Shown here in pieces: positions 1-9,227 of a DNA stretch of 24,000 bases. The DNA is from Clostridium cavendishii DSM 21758 (GTDB lineage Bacteria > Bacillota > Clostridia > Clostridiales > Clostridiaceae), in NCBI RefSeq assembly GCF_900141845.1, contig NZ_FQZB01000006.1:131165-155164 (forward strand), given 5' to 3'. The position numbers and the translations under genes were made by a program. Numbering within the stretch: position 1 is the first letter of the stretch; each line of letters opens with the position of its first letter. The notes under the pieces are model-generated. The model was not told where the DNA came from and ran no database searches. It saw only the letters and a list, made by a program, of their open reading frames with translations.

Positions 1-141
1 ATAGAACTCATATTTTTCTGATAAATCATCAAATTTATAATAACTTTCTTCTCTAATATAAAAATTATTTTTTTTAAAAACACTTATTACCTTTTCTCGT
101 GGAATATTCTTAGGAATCATATACAAATTTAATTGACACAT
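1..141 (-). CDS. Partial hypothetical ORF (C-terminus beyond left edge), not in supplied ORF track
   Basis: Minus strand from ATG at 141 is open to the window edge: MCQLNLYMIPKNIPREKVISVFKKNNFYIRERSYYKFDDLSEKYEFY...; preceded by RBS-like AGAGAGG. Lies just downstream of the 187..756 CDS, same strand. Confidence 0.6.
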   Translation of the reverse strand, partial: MCQLNLYMIPKNIPREKVISVFKKNNFYIREESYYKFDDLSEKYEFY

Positions 142-186
142 AAAATATTACCTCTCTTTAGTTTGTTTCAAATTATTCATTTTTAA

Positions 187-756
187 CTAAATATAGCATT
201 CTACAATTAAAAAATTTAGGCCAAATTCTTTGCCTTTTTCAATAATAGTATTTACCTGATAACGACTAAATCTTCTGTTAAGTTCAACATTTTTATTACC
301 CCTACCTAATCTCAAAAGTTCTTCATTTGAATACTCAATCATCGGATATAAGTTTCTTAATTTTACTATTTGTTTTAATACTGGCATCTCATTATTCCAA
401 ACAAAAACTAATCTATATTCAGGTTCTATTTCAACCTTAGGATTTAGTTTTAATTCAACCTTAAAAGTCTCTCCAGTTGCTGCACATCTATATATTTCAT
501 ATCCTTCCTCAACCTTTATTAATGTTGGTATAGGTCGGCCTTTTTTTATATACTTAAGCAATTCATATTTAACAATTCTATTCCCATTTTTCAGCATAGC
601 ATCTTTAATCATCTTTTCTTCTTCACTGTCTTCAATAATTACTGCTGTAAAATCAATAATATTAAAAATCAATAACTTATCATAATTATCTATAAATAAA
701 ATATATCTGCTCTTTTCTAAAAAATTATTGTACTCATCCAAATTAATTTCTTTCAT
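187..756 (-). CDS. Hypothetical protein, 189 aa
   Basis: ORF with RBS-like AAAGGA upstream; 16 nt downstream of the MFS gene and same strand, so likely co-transcribed. No family recognised. Confidence 0.75.
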   Translation of the reverse strand: MKEINLDEYNNFLEKSRYILFIDNYDKLLIFNIIDFTAVIIEDSEEEKMIKDAMLKNGNRIVKYELLKYIKKGRPIPTLIKVEEGYEIYRCAATGETFKVELKLNPKVEIEPEYRLVFVWNNEMPVLKQIVKLRNLYPMIEYSNEELLRLGRGNKNVELNRRFSRYQVNTIIEKGKEFGLNFLIVECYI

Positions 757-772
757 ATTAATATTTTTTCCT

Positions 773-2020
773 TTAACAATTTGATTTTAAAGATTGTTTT
801 AAGTTACGCTTTAGTAAGTATATACAAAACATTATAGTAATGGGAAATATAATAGCACTTAACAAGCCTATTTTTAATCCAAGCCCTGTTATAACATCAA
901 TATGTATCCAATTTTTAAACATCATATTTTTCTTTTCTACAAAACCAGAAACATAGCCAACTAAGCTTGGTCCTACAAAACAGCCAACATCCCCTGCTAA
1001 TGCAAGCAAAGCAAACATAGTTGTACCACCCTGTGGACAATGTCTTGCTGATAAACTAAATACCCCTGGCCACATAATACCAACAGACAAACCACATAAT
1101 CCACACCCAATTAGTGAGATAATAGGAATTGGTGCAAACACCGTAATAAGATAACTAATTACACAAAGTACGCTACTTAATTCAATAAATTTTTTCAAAT
1201 TAATCTTTTCACCAAATTTGCCATAAAATGCACGCGATATTCCCATAAGAATTGCAAATAAACATGGTCCTAGCAAATCCCCCTTAGTTTTTGAAACATC
1301 TAGCCCAGCTTCTGCAAAAATAGATGCCCATTGACTTATAGCTTGCTCAGCAGCGCCTGAACATATCATCAATATAAAAAATAGCCAAAAACTTTTAAGT
1401 TTAAATATCTTTTTAAATGGCAATTTTGTTTCCTGATCACCAAATGTATTAATTGGTACCTTCGTAAACCATATAGCATTACAAAGTGGAACAATAGCCC
1501 AAAACATGGCTAAATAATTCCATTTTGCCACACCAAATATCGTGAAATAAATAGTAGAAATAATCACAACAGATACATGTCCCCAACAATAAAATGAATG
1601 TAACAAACTCATTGCTGAAGATTTTGCATCATTAGGCAAAGCTTCTACAATTGGGCTTATAAGAACCTCAATTATTCCTCCTCCAATTGCATACAATGCA
1701 ATAGCAAATATTAACCCAGCAAAAGGACTAGGAAATATATAAGGAAATACAGCAAGTCCAATCAATCCCACCGCTGAAAAAATATGTGCTCCTACTATAG
1801 AAATACGATATCCAATCTTGTCCACAAATCGTGCTGATAAAAAATCCACCACAATCTGAGTACCAAAATTGAAAGTAACAAGTAGACTTATCTGTTCTAA
1901 AGATATTCTAAACTCTTTTTGAAAAGTCAAAAATAATAACGGTGCTAAATTATTAACAATTGCTTGAGTAATATATCCCACATAACTTGCGTACATAGTA
2001 TGCTTATAATTTTTATTCAT
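773..2020 (-). CDS. MFS family transporter, 415 aa
   Basis: About 12 hydrophobic segments; MFS-like loop 'SARFVDKIGYR' after TM2 and 'GKFGEKINLKK' in the second half; glycine-rich helices typical of MFS. Confidence 0.85.
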   Translation of the reverse strand: MNKNYKHTMYASYVGYITQAIVNNLAPLLFLTFQKEFRISLEQISLLVTFNFGTQIVVDFLSARFVDKIGYRISIVGAHIFSAVGLIGLAVFPYIFPSPFAGLIFAIALYAIGGGIIEVLISPIVEALPNDAKSSAMSLLHSFYCWGHVSVVIISTIYFTIFGVAKWNYLAMFWAIVPLCNAIWFTKVPINTFGDQETKLPFKKIFKLKSFWLFFILMICSGAAEQAISQWASIFAEAGLDVSKTKGDLLGPCLFAILMGISRAFYGKFGEKINLKKFIELSSVLCVISYLITVFAPIPIISLIGCGLCGLSVGIMWPGVFSLSARHCPQGGTTMFALLALAGDVGCFVGPSLVGYVSGFVEKKNMMFKNWIHIDVITGLGLKIGLLSAIIFPITIMFCIYLLKRNLKQSLKSNC

Positions 2021-2226
2021 AAACCACCTCTACAAATCCTTTTCAATTGCTTATCGTCTATTCCTAAAGGGTGACCTACAAATGTACTCATAAGCCCCTA
2101 ATTATTACTTATATTATACCATATCCCTATAGTCCCTAAAAAAATACAATAACTATTAACTTGAATAGCTATTGTACAATAAATACTTATGAACGCTGAT
2201 ATGAAATTATCCTCTATATCTAAAGA

Positions 2227-4059
2227 TTACTCTCTATGATAAATTTTAGAATATATCTTTGGTAAATTTCTTACATCATAACCTCTGCTCTTTAAATATA
2301 CAGTTAATTCTTCCCGACTTGGATATGAAAATTCAAACTTCTTAGTTTTATCCCCTCTTAAACCTCTGTTAATTGTCTCTAAACATATTCCAAATTTATT
2401 TGCAAATTTATCTTTATTATCAGTTATATATGTGTTTAAATTTTTATCTATAGCTTTAAAATATTTATTAGAGCTTCTACTTAAAATTAGCTCTATATAT
2501 ACAACATCATTGCTAATATATTTTTTTGGATTATTTCTATAATCAGTTATCATTTTAAACTTTGATTCCGAAAAAAAAGGCTTCAATCTATACCATCTTT
2601 CAAATTTCTGCTTATCTTTATTTGAGTTACACCTTCTGCAACTTGGAAGCACATTCCCTATTTTAGTAGCACCTTTATTATTTATTGATACTATATGTTC
2701 AAGAGCTTCATTATTATTATTTAAAATAGTATTACAATATGCACACTCATATTCCCCTTTTGCACTTTTAAAAAGTTCTTGTATTTGTATATATTCTTCT
2801 AATGTAAGATTTCCTATCGCACCTTTTTTATTAGCCCTTCTGTTAGCAAATCTTATAGATACCTTATCTAAATCTATTTTATTAACATATAATTCAGGTA
2901 TATCAGACAAATCGGTTTTATCACATATATCATATTTTTCCCATAAATACTTTTGTGTTGTAAAATCATATTTTTTTTCTGCTTTTAATCTTTGTTTTAT
3001 TGCATCTGACATTTTATCATACAAACCTAGATTAACTTTCCTTCCATTTACATGTATATATGATTCATATTTATTTCTAAGTCTACTCACTCCTATAACT
3101 TTAGATTTGCTAACTGATATCCCTTTACCATTTTCTCTTTCTAATTTCACTTCTAAATATTGTTTTCTATTATCCAACTTATCTTTCTTTAAATTTTCAT
3201 CAAACTCAATACAATTCAAATGGTCTACAATATAATCAGAATCAAAACAATCCATTATATATCTATGCAAATATAGCTTTTGTCCATTTGCCTGAGTCTT
3301 TACATAATTTCCATCAAAACACCATTTGTATAATCTACACTTTTCAACATCATCAAAATCTATTTTAGTTCTACAAGCCTCTTGTCCTTTTTTATCATAA
3401 AGTATAATTTCTGCATAATCATCATGTAAAACTATCTCATTTCCATCTTTTTTGGTACGAGATAATATTTTTCCATGTCTCCTCATTTGCGCATTATGTT
3501 TTAAACATAAAAACATTTCATATTCCTTACAATAAAATACTTTACTATTAGAACTATCATTCTCACAACCTTCAACATTACAATGTTTTATAAAACTCTG
3601 TTTAGTTGTTTCTTCTATACTAGATATTTTTACATTTAAATACTCTTTTCTATTATCTAAATACCCATTAATATGTTTTATAATACATTTTTTATTATTA
3701 CATTCCATAATATACTTATCTAGTCTTACTTCCTTATTTGCTATCTTTGTTACAATATATTTCCCGTTCAACCCCCATCTATAGCCTTTACATTTTTCAA
3801 CATCCTCAAGATCTATAATTGCTCTATCTTTTTCCTTATTATTTTTATCATATAATATTATTTCTGCATAATCCTTATGTATATCAATCTCATTATTATC
3901 TCTTATAGTTCTTTCTAGTATGCATCCATTACTAAAAAACTGACTTCTATGTCTACTACATAAATACATATCTGCACCTGAACAATAATTTATACTAGTG
4001 TCTTCACTTGTTTTTTTACATCCTAGCACCTCACAACACCTTATGTCATCCAATTGCAT
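2227..4059 (-). CDS. HNH endonuclease-type protein with duplicated Cys/His + HNH_3-like modules, AP2-like DNA-binding segment and C-terminal HNH domain
   Basis: C-terminal CAYC...EHIVSINNKGATKIGNVLPSCRRCNSNK (classic HNH). Two N-terminal repeats (EIDIHKDYAEIILYDKNNKE / EIVLHDDYAEIILYDKKGQE; HINGYLDNRKEYL / DHLNCIEFDENLKKDKLDNRKQYL). AP2-like 'IGVSRLRNKYESYIHVNGRKVNLGLYDKMSDAIKQRLKAEKKY'. RBS GGAGG upstream. Confidence 0.8.
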   Translation of the reverse strand: MQLDDIRCCEVLGCKKTSEDTSINYCSGADMYLCSRHRSQFFSNGCILERTIRDNNEIDIHKDYAEIILYDKNNKEKDRAIIDLEDVEKCKGYRWGLNGKYIVTKIANKEVRLDKYIMECNNKKCIIKHINGYLDNRKEYLNVKISSIEETTKQSFIKHCNVEGCENDSSNSKVFYCKEYEMFLCLKHNAQMRRHGKILSRTKKDGNEIVLHDDYAEIILYDKKGQEACRTKIDFDDVEKCRLYKWCFDGNYVKTQANGQKLYLHRYIMDCFDSDYIVDHLNCIEFDENLKKDKLDNRKQYLEVKLERENGKGISVSKSKVIGVSRLRNKYESYIHVNGRKVNLGLYDKMSDAIKQRLKAEKKYDFTTQKYLWEKYDICDKTDLSDIPELYVNKIDLDKVSIRFANRRANKKGAIGNLTLEEYIQIQELFKSAKGEYECAYCNTILNNNNEALEHIVSINNKGATKIGNVLPSCRRCNSNKDKQKFERWYRLKPFFSESKFKMITDYRNNPKKYISNDVVYIELILSRSSNKYFKAIDKNLNTYITDNKDKFANKFGICLETINRGLRGDKTKKFEFSYPSREELTVYLKSRGYDVRNLPKIYSKIYHRE

Positions 4060-4169
4060 CGTCCTCCAAATTCATAAATTCTCTACAAAACTTCCCCATT
4101 ACAAATAATAACTATTAACATAATTATAAAATCTGTATTAAAAATAATATTATTTAATCTTATTTTTAA

Positions 4170-4244
4170 TTACTTTTCATTTAAAATCTTTTCAACTTTT
4201 TCAATACTTATATTTAATGCTTTAGCAATGCTCTCAGGTCCCAT
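4170..4244 (-). pseudogene. Possible C-terminal remnant of an Rpn/transposase-like protein
   Basis: Minus-strand reading MGPESIAKALNISIEKVEKILNEK* resembles the helix-turn-helix-like tail (…IAKALGISIEEVEKI) common at the end of Rpn/PDDEXK-transposase-family proteins; directly abuts the truncated GNAT. Confidence 0.3.
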
Positions 4245-4444
4245 TAGTGGTAAGTTTCAGGACCATACCAGTCAGTATAGCGATATACCTTTTCATTTGA
4301 ATAATATTCTAACAATCCCTCAGCGTCATCCAATCTTATCTTTCTTAATCTTATCCTTTCTGTTTCTATTACAGGAAACTCCTTAAATATCTTTGTTAGC
4401 TTCATTTTAATTCTCCTCATTTCTTTAATTTTTGCTTTCATCAA
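4244..4444 (-). pseudogene. Truncated GNAT-family N-acetyltransferase (N-terminal fragment)
   Basis: 'FPVIETERIRLRKIRLDDAEGLLEYYSNEKVYRYTDWYGPE' is the canonical N-terminus of RimJ/RimL-type acetyltransferases (usually about 170-190 aa), but the ORF stops after 66 aa with no acetyl-CoA-binding core. Confidence 0.7.
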
Positions 4445-4939
4445 TTCTATACAATTTTATGGATAATCAGAAAAAGAATTTTCCTACCAGATAAATCCAT
4501 TTGAATACAAAAAGACCATAAGAAGTTAAAGCCTTCTTACAGTCTAAAATATTGCAACCACTATTATAATTATAAAAATTACATATAAACATAAGTAATG
4601 CCCATTAATTAAAGCATTATATTCTGCTCACACAAAATCTTATAACAGAAGCTTAATAAAAAGCTCTACTTAATATTTAAACTCTACAATTTAAAATATT
4701 ATATTATAATAATTAATTCTAGTAAAGCAAGTTATCTTCTAACCGCCATATTCATAAAAAGTACACCAAATAAACCTAAATAAAACTAGGCTTAGGAAAC
4801 TCCTTAAAAAATACATATTAATTTTTAACAATTCATATTAGCAATTAGTTGTTTACACAACTTACATTCCCCTTTCATCATTTTTTAATATTGTACTATA
4901 TTTTGTAACTTAACTAAATATTTGGAGAATTCTATCATA

Positions 4940-5725
4940 TCACTTTAAAGTAACATTTAAAATTCTATGCTTACTTACAAAACCAGACTTTTCTAGTGTA
5001 TTTTTAGACGCTATATTTTTTACATTGCAACAAGCCATTGGCTTTAAATTATTCCTATAACAATGTTCCTTAAGCTGGGTAACAATATAGATCCCGACAC
5101 CTTTTTTACGATATTCTTCTGTGACAATCATTCCAATATCACCATATTGATCATTTGACTTAAATATTCTAAACTCACCTATTCCTAACAGAATGTCACA
5201 ACTATATAGTACGAATAGTTGATTGTTTTCTACTAAATCTTCATAATAACCGTCAAATGCAGGGTCACATTTTATTTTTATAATTCCTATATCGTTTTTG
5301 TTAGCCAATCTGAAAGATATATCCTTAAAATTACTTAATTCATATTTAGTATTTTTATTATCACTAAAAAGATATTGATCTATTGATATACTCTTGTGAT
5401 AATCAAGACATAAAGCTAGAAATTCTTTCTCTTTAGTAGAAACAGCAGCATTTTCCACAATATCACTTTCAATAATATATTCAAAAATCTGGGGTGCATG
5501 TACAAAATATTGTGACAAAATATAGAATTGTACTAAAGTCTTATGGGAATCTACAAAAAAATGACCTGCTTTTTCTCCATCATAAATAATTACATAACAC
5601 TGAGCGTTACCTATCACTACATTTTCCCAATAACCATCTATTGGAGATTCTAAAGTTTTAATATACTCTTTAGCTAAAATAAATCTTTCTTCTGCTGATG
5701 TTACTTTTTCTAATTGTATCATCAA
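4940..5725 (-). CDS. GNAT family N-acetyltransferase, 261 aa
   Basis: C-terminal 'DIGMIVTEEYRKKGVGIYIVTQLKEHCYRNNLKPMACCNVKNIASKNTLEKSGFVS' matches GNAT motif A/B; RBS AAGGGGGG upstream. Confidence 0.85.
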   Translation of the reverse strand: MMIQLEKVTSAEERFILAKEYIKTLESPIDGYWENVVIGNAQCYVIIYDGEKAGHFFVDSHKTLVQFYILSQYFVHAPQIFEYIIESDIVENAAVSTKEKEFLALCLDYHKSISIDQYLFSDNKNTKYELSNFKDISFRLANKNDIGIIKIKCDPAFDGYYEDLVENNQLFVLYSCDILLGIGEFRIFKSNDQYGDIGMIVTEEYRKKGVGIYIVTQLKEHCYRNNLKPMACCNVKNIASKNTLEKSGFVSKHRILNVTLK

Positions 5726-5855
5726 ATCCCCCCTTTTAATTTTTTCTTAATTATACAAATTATATATGTATAGTTTAATATTAGCAAACCAGAAAAACAA
5801 GATTAAAAGTAAATACTTCAAAGACTCTACTAATGCTTTTATTTATTACAATCTG

Positions 5856-6764
5856 TTATTTTAATGTATTAATAATATCAATTTTTTTAGCAAACCACTC
5901 ACATATTTCTTTATTTTGATTACTACTTGAAAGAAAATCAGATAATGGCTTTTCAAAATAATAAATATTTACACTTGTATCTTCAACACATCCATCAAAT
6001 ATATTTTCATTTTCCTTTATCTTATTTGTAATGTTCCCAAATTCACTATTGTTTTTTGCAATAACAAGACTAACAACCACCTTAGGTATTTTACCCTCAC
6101 CTCTAAACTCAAATCCAACGATAACTTCTGAATATCCATCTCCAATAATATTTTCACTCCACATAACATACTGTTCATTTAGACATATTTGTTTAAGTCT
6201 TTCATAATCACGTTCATAAGGCTTTCCAAAACACTCTGTTAATTTTGGCTTAACCATATCTAAACACTCATCCATTTTTGCTATTGTAGCATTAATATTA
6301 CTAAGAACTATTAAATCTTGAAAATTAAAATCTCCTGCACTTGACATACCTTCACCCCTTAAAAATTCTAAACATTCTTCTATAATCTTATTTTCTTTAT
6401 ATTGATTCAAAAATGCATATACATCACTCCACCTATATTGTTCAAAGTTAATATTTGAAATATCCTTTTTATCATAATACTTTGTACAATATCTTAAATA
6501 CACATTCTTATTATCATTTACTTTTATTTCATTTAAAACTTTTGAATATCGTCCTAACTGTCGTTCTCCCTCTGAAGAATTAACCTTATTCTCAATAAAA
6601 CAAATGCTTTCTTTATTCTTAACAACTATATCTATAATACAATCCATATCTCCTTGAAGATAATATTTTTCTTGAGAATCAATAGAAAATCCCGTACCCT
6701 CTATTAAAAGAAACTTATTAACAAACTTATCTAATAGTTTATTATCTTGCTCCAACGTTCCCAC
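5856..6764 (-). CDS. PD-(D/E)XK nuclease superfamily protein; true N-terminus probably extends to about 6854
   Basis: 'DCIIDIVVKNKESICFIENKVNSSEGERQLGRYSKVL' = D...ExK nuclease core. The frame upstream of the GTG start encodes conserved-looking 'RLLSLYSKNGASGKTPLEDFTTEIIVG'. Confidence 0.8.
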   Translation of the reverse strand: MGTLEQDNKLLDKFVNKFLLIEGTGFSIDSQEKYYLQGDMDCIIDIVVKNKESICFIENKVNSSEGERQLGRYSKVLNEIKVNDNKNVYLRYCTKYYDKKDISNINFEQYRWSDVYAFLNQYKENKIIEECLEFLRGEGMSSAGDFNFQDLIVLSNINATIAKMDECLDMVKPKLTECFGKPYERDYERLKQICLNEQYVMWSENIIGDGYSEVIVGFEFRGEGKIPKVVVSLVIAKNNSEFGNITNKIKENENIFDGCVEDTSVNIYYFEKPLSDFLSSSNQNKEICEWFAKKIDIINTLK

Positions 6765-7106
6765 TATTATTTCAGTTGTAAAGTCTTCTAATGGAGTCTT
6801 ACCTGAAGCCCCATTTTTGCTGTATAAAGATAATAACCTTTTATAAATACTAATTCAGAACACCCTCTTCCCTCTCAAATCCTTTCTTTTCCATGTTTAT
6901 ATACATTTAAATCGAATTATATCTATATTTTACCACTTTAGTATTAGTTTCAAATTATTATTTATAAATTTAAATATATTTTTAGCATAATAAAACGCCT
7001 TCCAAGTAAGCTTTTATTTAAAAGAAACTCTTCCTCATCAACATCCTTTGCAGTACCAAGCTGAAACATAACTGACTTTATGCCTACAAATAATTTTATA
7101 TATAAA

Positions 7107-7153
7107 AAAATGATAGCTACCTATCTAAAAAATAAATAAGTAGCTATCATTTT
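7107..7153 (-). terminator. Hairpin terminator downstream of the NUDIX gene
   Basis: AAAATGATAGCTAC ... GTAGCTATCATTTT, 14-bp stem, directly after the stop at 7156. Confidence 0.75.
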
Positions 7154-7155
7154 CA

Positions 7156-7539
7156 CTATCTAGTCTTCAAAGCATCAACAACCAAAATATCAGCAGAAAC
7201 CCACTTTTGATCATCTAACTTACCAAAATCAATCCACTTAGCATCATTATGAGCATTCAAGCTTAAAGTTCCACCAGAAATCTCACAAATAAAACAATGC
7301 ATAGTAAGATGAAAATTTGGATAATCATAATCAACAGTAGTTAAAAACTCTAATCCATTAATATCAAGTTCTAGCTCCTCCTTAATCTCACGAACAAGAG
7401 CCTCTTCCCTAGACTCACCACTCTCAACTTTTCCACCTGGAAACTCCCACATATTAACGAAATCCCCATAGCCTCTTCTAGTAATAAATATCTTATCATC
7501 CTTCTTTAAAATAGCTGCAACTACCTCTATAGTCTTCAT
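7156..7539 (-). CDS. NUDIX hydrolase, MutT-like (8-oxo-dGTP/CTP pyrophosphohydrolase type)
   Basis: Complete Nudix box GGKVESGESREEALVREIKEELEL; 127 aa, MutT-like start 'IEVVAAILKKDDKIFITRR'. Confidence 0.93.
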   Translation of the reverse strand: MKTIEVVAAILKKDDKIFITRRGYGDFVNMWEFPGGKVESGESREEALVREIKEELELDINGLEFLTTVDYDYPNFHLTMHCFICEISGGTLSLNAHNDAKWIDFGKLDDQKWVSADILVVDALKTR

Positions 7540-7686
7540 ATGCCAACCTCTATCTTAATAATAAATTTCTTAAACCATATTTTTATTATATAAGTTTTGT
7601 AATGAGTTAACAAATTTTTTCTAGAATATAAACACACTTGACCTAATAAATCATAATAAAATATTTATTTATAAGCTTATACTGCG

Positions 7687-7727
7687 ACAATATTCCTTTC
7701 TATTTATTTTATAGAAAGAAATATTGT
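7687..7727 (-). terminator. Hairpin, likely terminator
   Basis: ACAATATTCCTTTCTAT-TTATTTT-ATAGAAAGAAATATTGT: 17-nt arms with one mismatch, just downstream of the 7751..7990 fragment. Confidence 0.65.
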
Positions 7728-7750
7728 AAAAATATAATATTATTAGAGAT

Positions 7751-7990
7751 TTAAAAATACTTCTCTAAATCCTCTACTTTTTCTAAATCAAAAATATCTC
7801 CGCCTATTACATCTAATTTATCTGCTGGAAGACTTGAAATCTTTTTCTTATATTCTTCTGGAAGTTTTTCAAACTTCTTTATCAATTGTTTTAATAAGAG
7901 ATCTGCCTTCCATTTAGTCTCACCTATAGAAACTCCTTCTTTTCTTCCCTCTGCTTTATAATGCATTTTTCTTATTTCATCTATTGTCAT
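7751..7990 (-). pseudogene. C-terminal fragment of an Rpn-family (PD-(D/E)XK nuclease/transposase-like) protein
   Basis: 'GETKWKADLLLKQLIKKFEKLPEEYKKKISSLPADKLDVIGGDIFDLEKVEDLEKYF' closely matches the C-terminus of the 8141..9088 protein; no nuclease domain. The same frame continues upstream through an in-frame TGA (…AIYLEDNDDILITRV*FEEYKNRSVGVFKMTIDE…). Confidence 0.7.
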
Positions 7991-8088
7991 CTTAAATACA
8001 CCTACACTTCTATTCTTGTATTCTTCAAATCATACTCTAGTAATAAGTATGTCATCATTATCTTCTAAATAAATTGCCCGTATAATAC

Positions 8089-8125
8089 AACACTCCTTCA
8101 TACGAAATCCGTAGAAAGGAGTGTT
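8089..8125. terminator. Hairpin with conserved core TACGAAATCCGTA (copy A)
   Basis: AACACTCCTT-C-A-TACG-AAATC-CGTA-G-A-AAGGAGTGTT; just downstream of the 8141..9088 gene. Confidence 0.7.
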
Positions 8126-8140
8126 TATATTATGAAAGTT

Positions 8141-9088
8141 TTAAAAATACTGCTCTAAATCTTCTACCTTTTCTAATTCAAAAATATCTCCAGCTATAAC
8201 CTCTATTTGCTCTAATTTAAGATTTAAAATCTTTTCTCTGTATCCATCTGGAAGCTTTTTAAATCTTCTTATTAATTGCTTTAACAACAAGTCAGCTTTT
8301 CCCTTAGTTTCTCCATTGGCCTCACCTATGGAAATTCCTTCTTCTTTACCTTCTTCATATATCATTCTTCCAACATCAGTCATGCTAACAACCTCCTTAA
8401 ATCTCTTCTTAGCTTTTTCATCTCCAAACTTGTCAAATAAAGCATATAAAAGAGTTAAACATTTAGTCTTCTCTTCTTCATTTTTAATATCCTTAGCTAT
8501 CTCTATACTATCTAATGTAATATCACTTTTACTCTTTTCACTTTCCATAAGTGGAATGAAACTTAATGTCATAATATCTTGTTCGGTTAGCTCTTCTCCA
8601 TTATCTACTTTAGTTTTAATTCTTTCATAATTTTCATCCCCATTTAGCTTACTCATATAAAAGCATTCTAATGTATAATTTATCGAACCACAATTAATAT
8701 TTGTAACTACGTCCTTTATATCTGATGAATACACTACTACGGTTCTTATATTTTTTCTACTCATATAATGAAGAGATGCATCATAATACAAAAATCTTGC
8801 TATATCATCCCTTTTATCAGTAGTTTGAAACTCAAAATGCAAATAATCATCCGTCTCTGTATAAAATAGATAATCCATAGCACTAGTCTTAATATCTATA
8901 TTCTTAATTTCCGTTTGTGCTGGCTTTTTTAGCTTAACATCTAAGTTAAAAAACTCTGATGCACTATCCTTAAAAATCTCCATGGCTTTCTTGAATACAG
9001 CATCTTCAACCTTATTATAATCCATTTTAAAACTCCTTCCAAGTAGGCTTTTATTAATATATTTGCCAATTTGGGAGGAGTTATGCAA
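8141..9088 (-). CDS. Rpn family recombination-promoting nuclease / putative transposase (PD-(D/E)XK) with DUF4351-like tail; probable true start at 9025
   Basis: 'MDYLFYTETDDYLHFEFQT' nuclease-like core and the characteristic 'GETKGKADLLLKQLIRRFKKLPDGYREKI' tail. A strong RBS (GGAAGGAG) precedes ATG at 9025 (MDYNKVEDAVFKKAMEIF), not the annotated 9088. Confidence 0.75.
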   Translation of the reverse strand: MHNSSQIGKYINKSLLGRSFKMDYNKVEDAVFKKAMEIFKDSASEFFNLDVKLKKPAQTEIKNIDIKTSAMDYLFYTETDDYLHFEFQTTDKRDDIARFLYYDASLHYMSRKNIRTVVVYSSDIKDVVTNINCGSINYTLECFYMSKLNGDENYERIKTKVDNGEELTEQDIMTLSFIPLMESEKSKSDITLDSIEIAKDIKNEEEKTKCLTLLYALFDKFGDEKAKKRFKEVVSMTDVGRMIYEEGKEEGISIGEANGETKGKADLLLKQLIRRFKKLPDGYREKILNLKLEQIEVIAGDIFELEKVEDLEQYF

Positions 9089-9227
9089 ATGTATATTCTG
9101 TTTTGAAAATTAATTTAACTCGTTGTGCTAGTTAAATTATTAACTTCATTCTAACCTATAACTTCAAATCATCTTCTAATATTAACCACCTCATCAGTAT
9201 CTCCAAAATAGATTACCAGTATAATAT

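Noticed and set aside
4600-4800. Short imperfect inverted repeats (for example agctt...aaagct and cctaaataaaactagg)
   Set aside because: Very short, AT-rich and expected by chance at this base composition; not supported as elements.
6840-6895. Short minus-strand reading MEKKGFEREEGVLN* upstream of the PD-(D/E)XK gene
   Set aside because: Only 14 codons and in a different frame from the nuclease. It could be a leader peptide or evidence of a frameshift, but there is no support beyond proximity; the AUU/start-loss explanation fits better.
8316-8630. Plus-strand ORF of 104 aa
   Set aside because: Lies entirely antisense within the Rpn-family gene; low-complexity Leu/Ser composition; no RBS noted.
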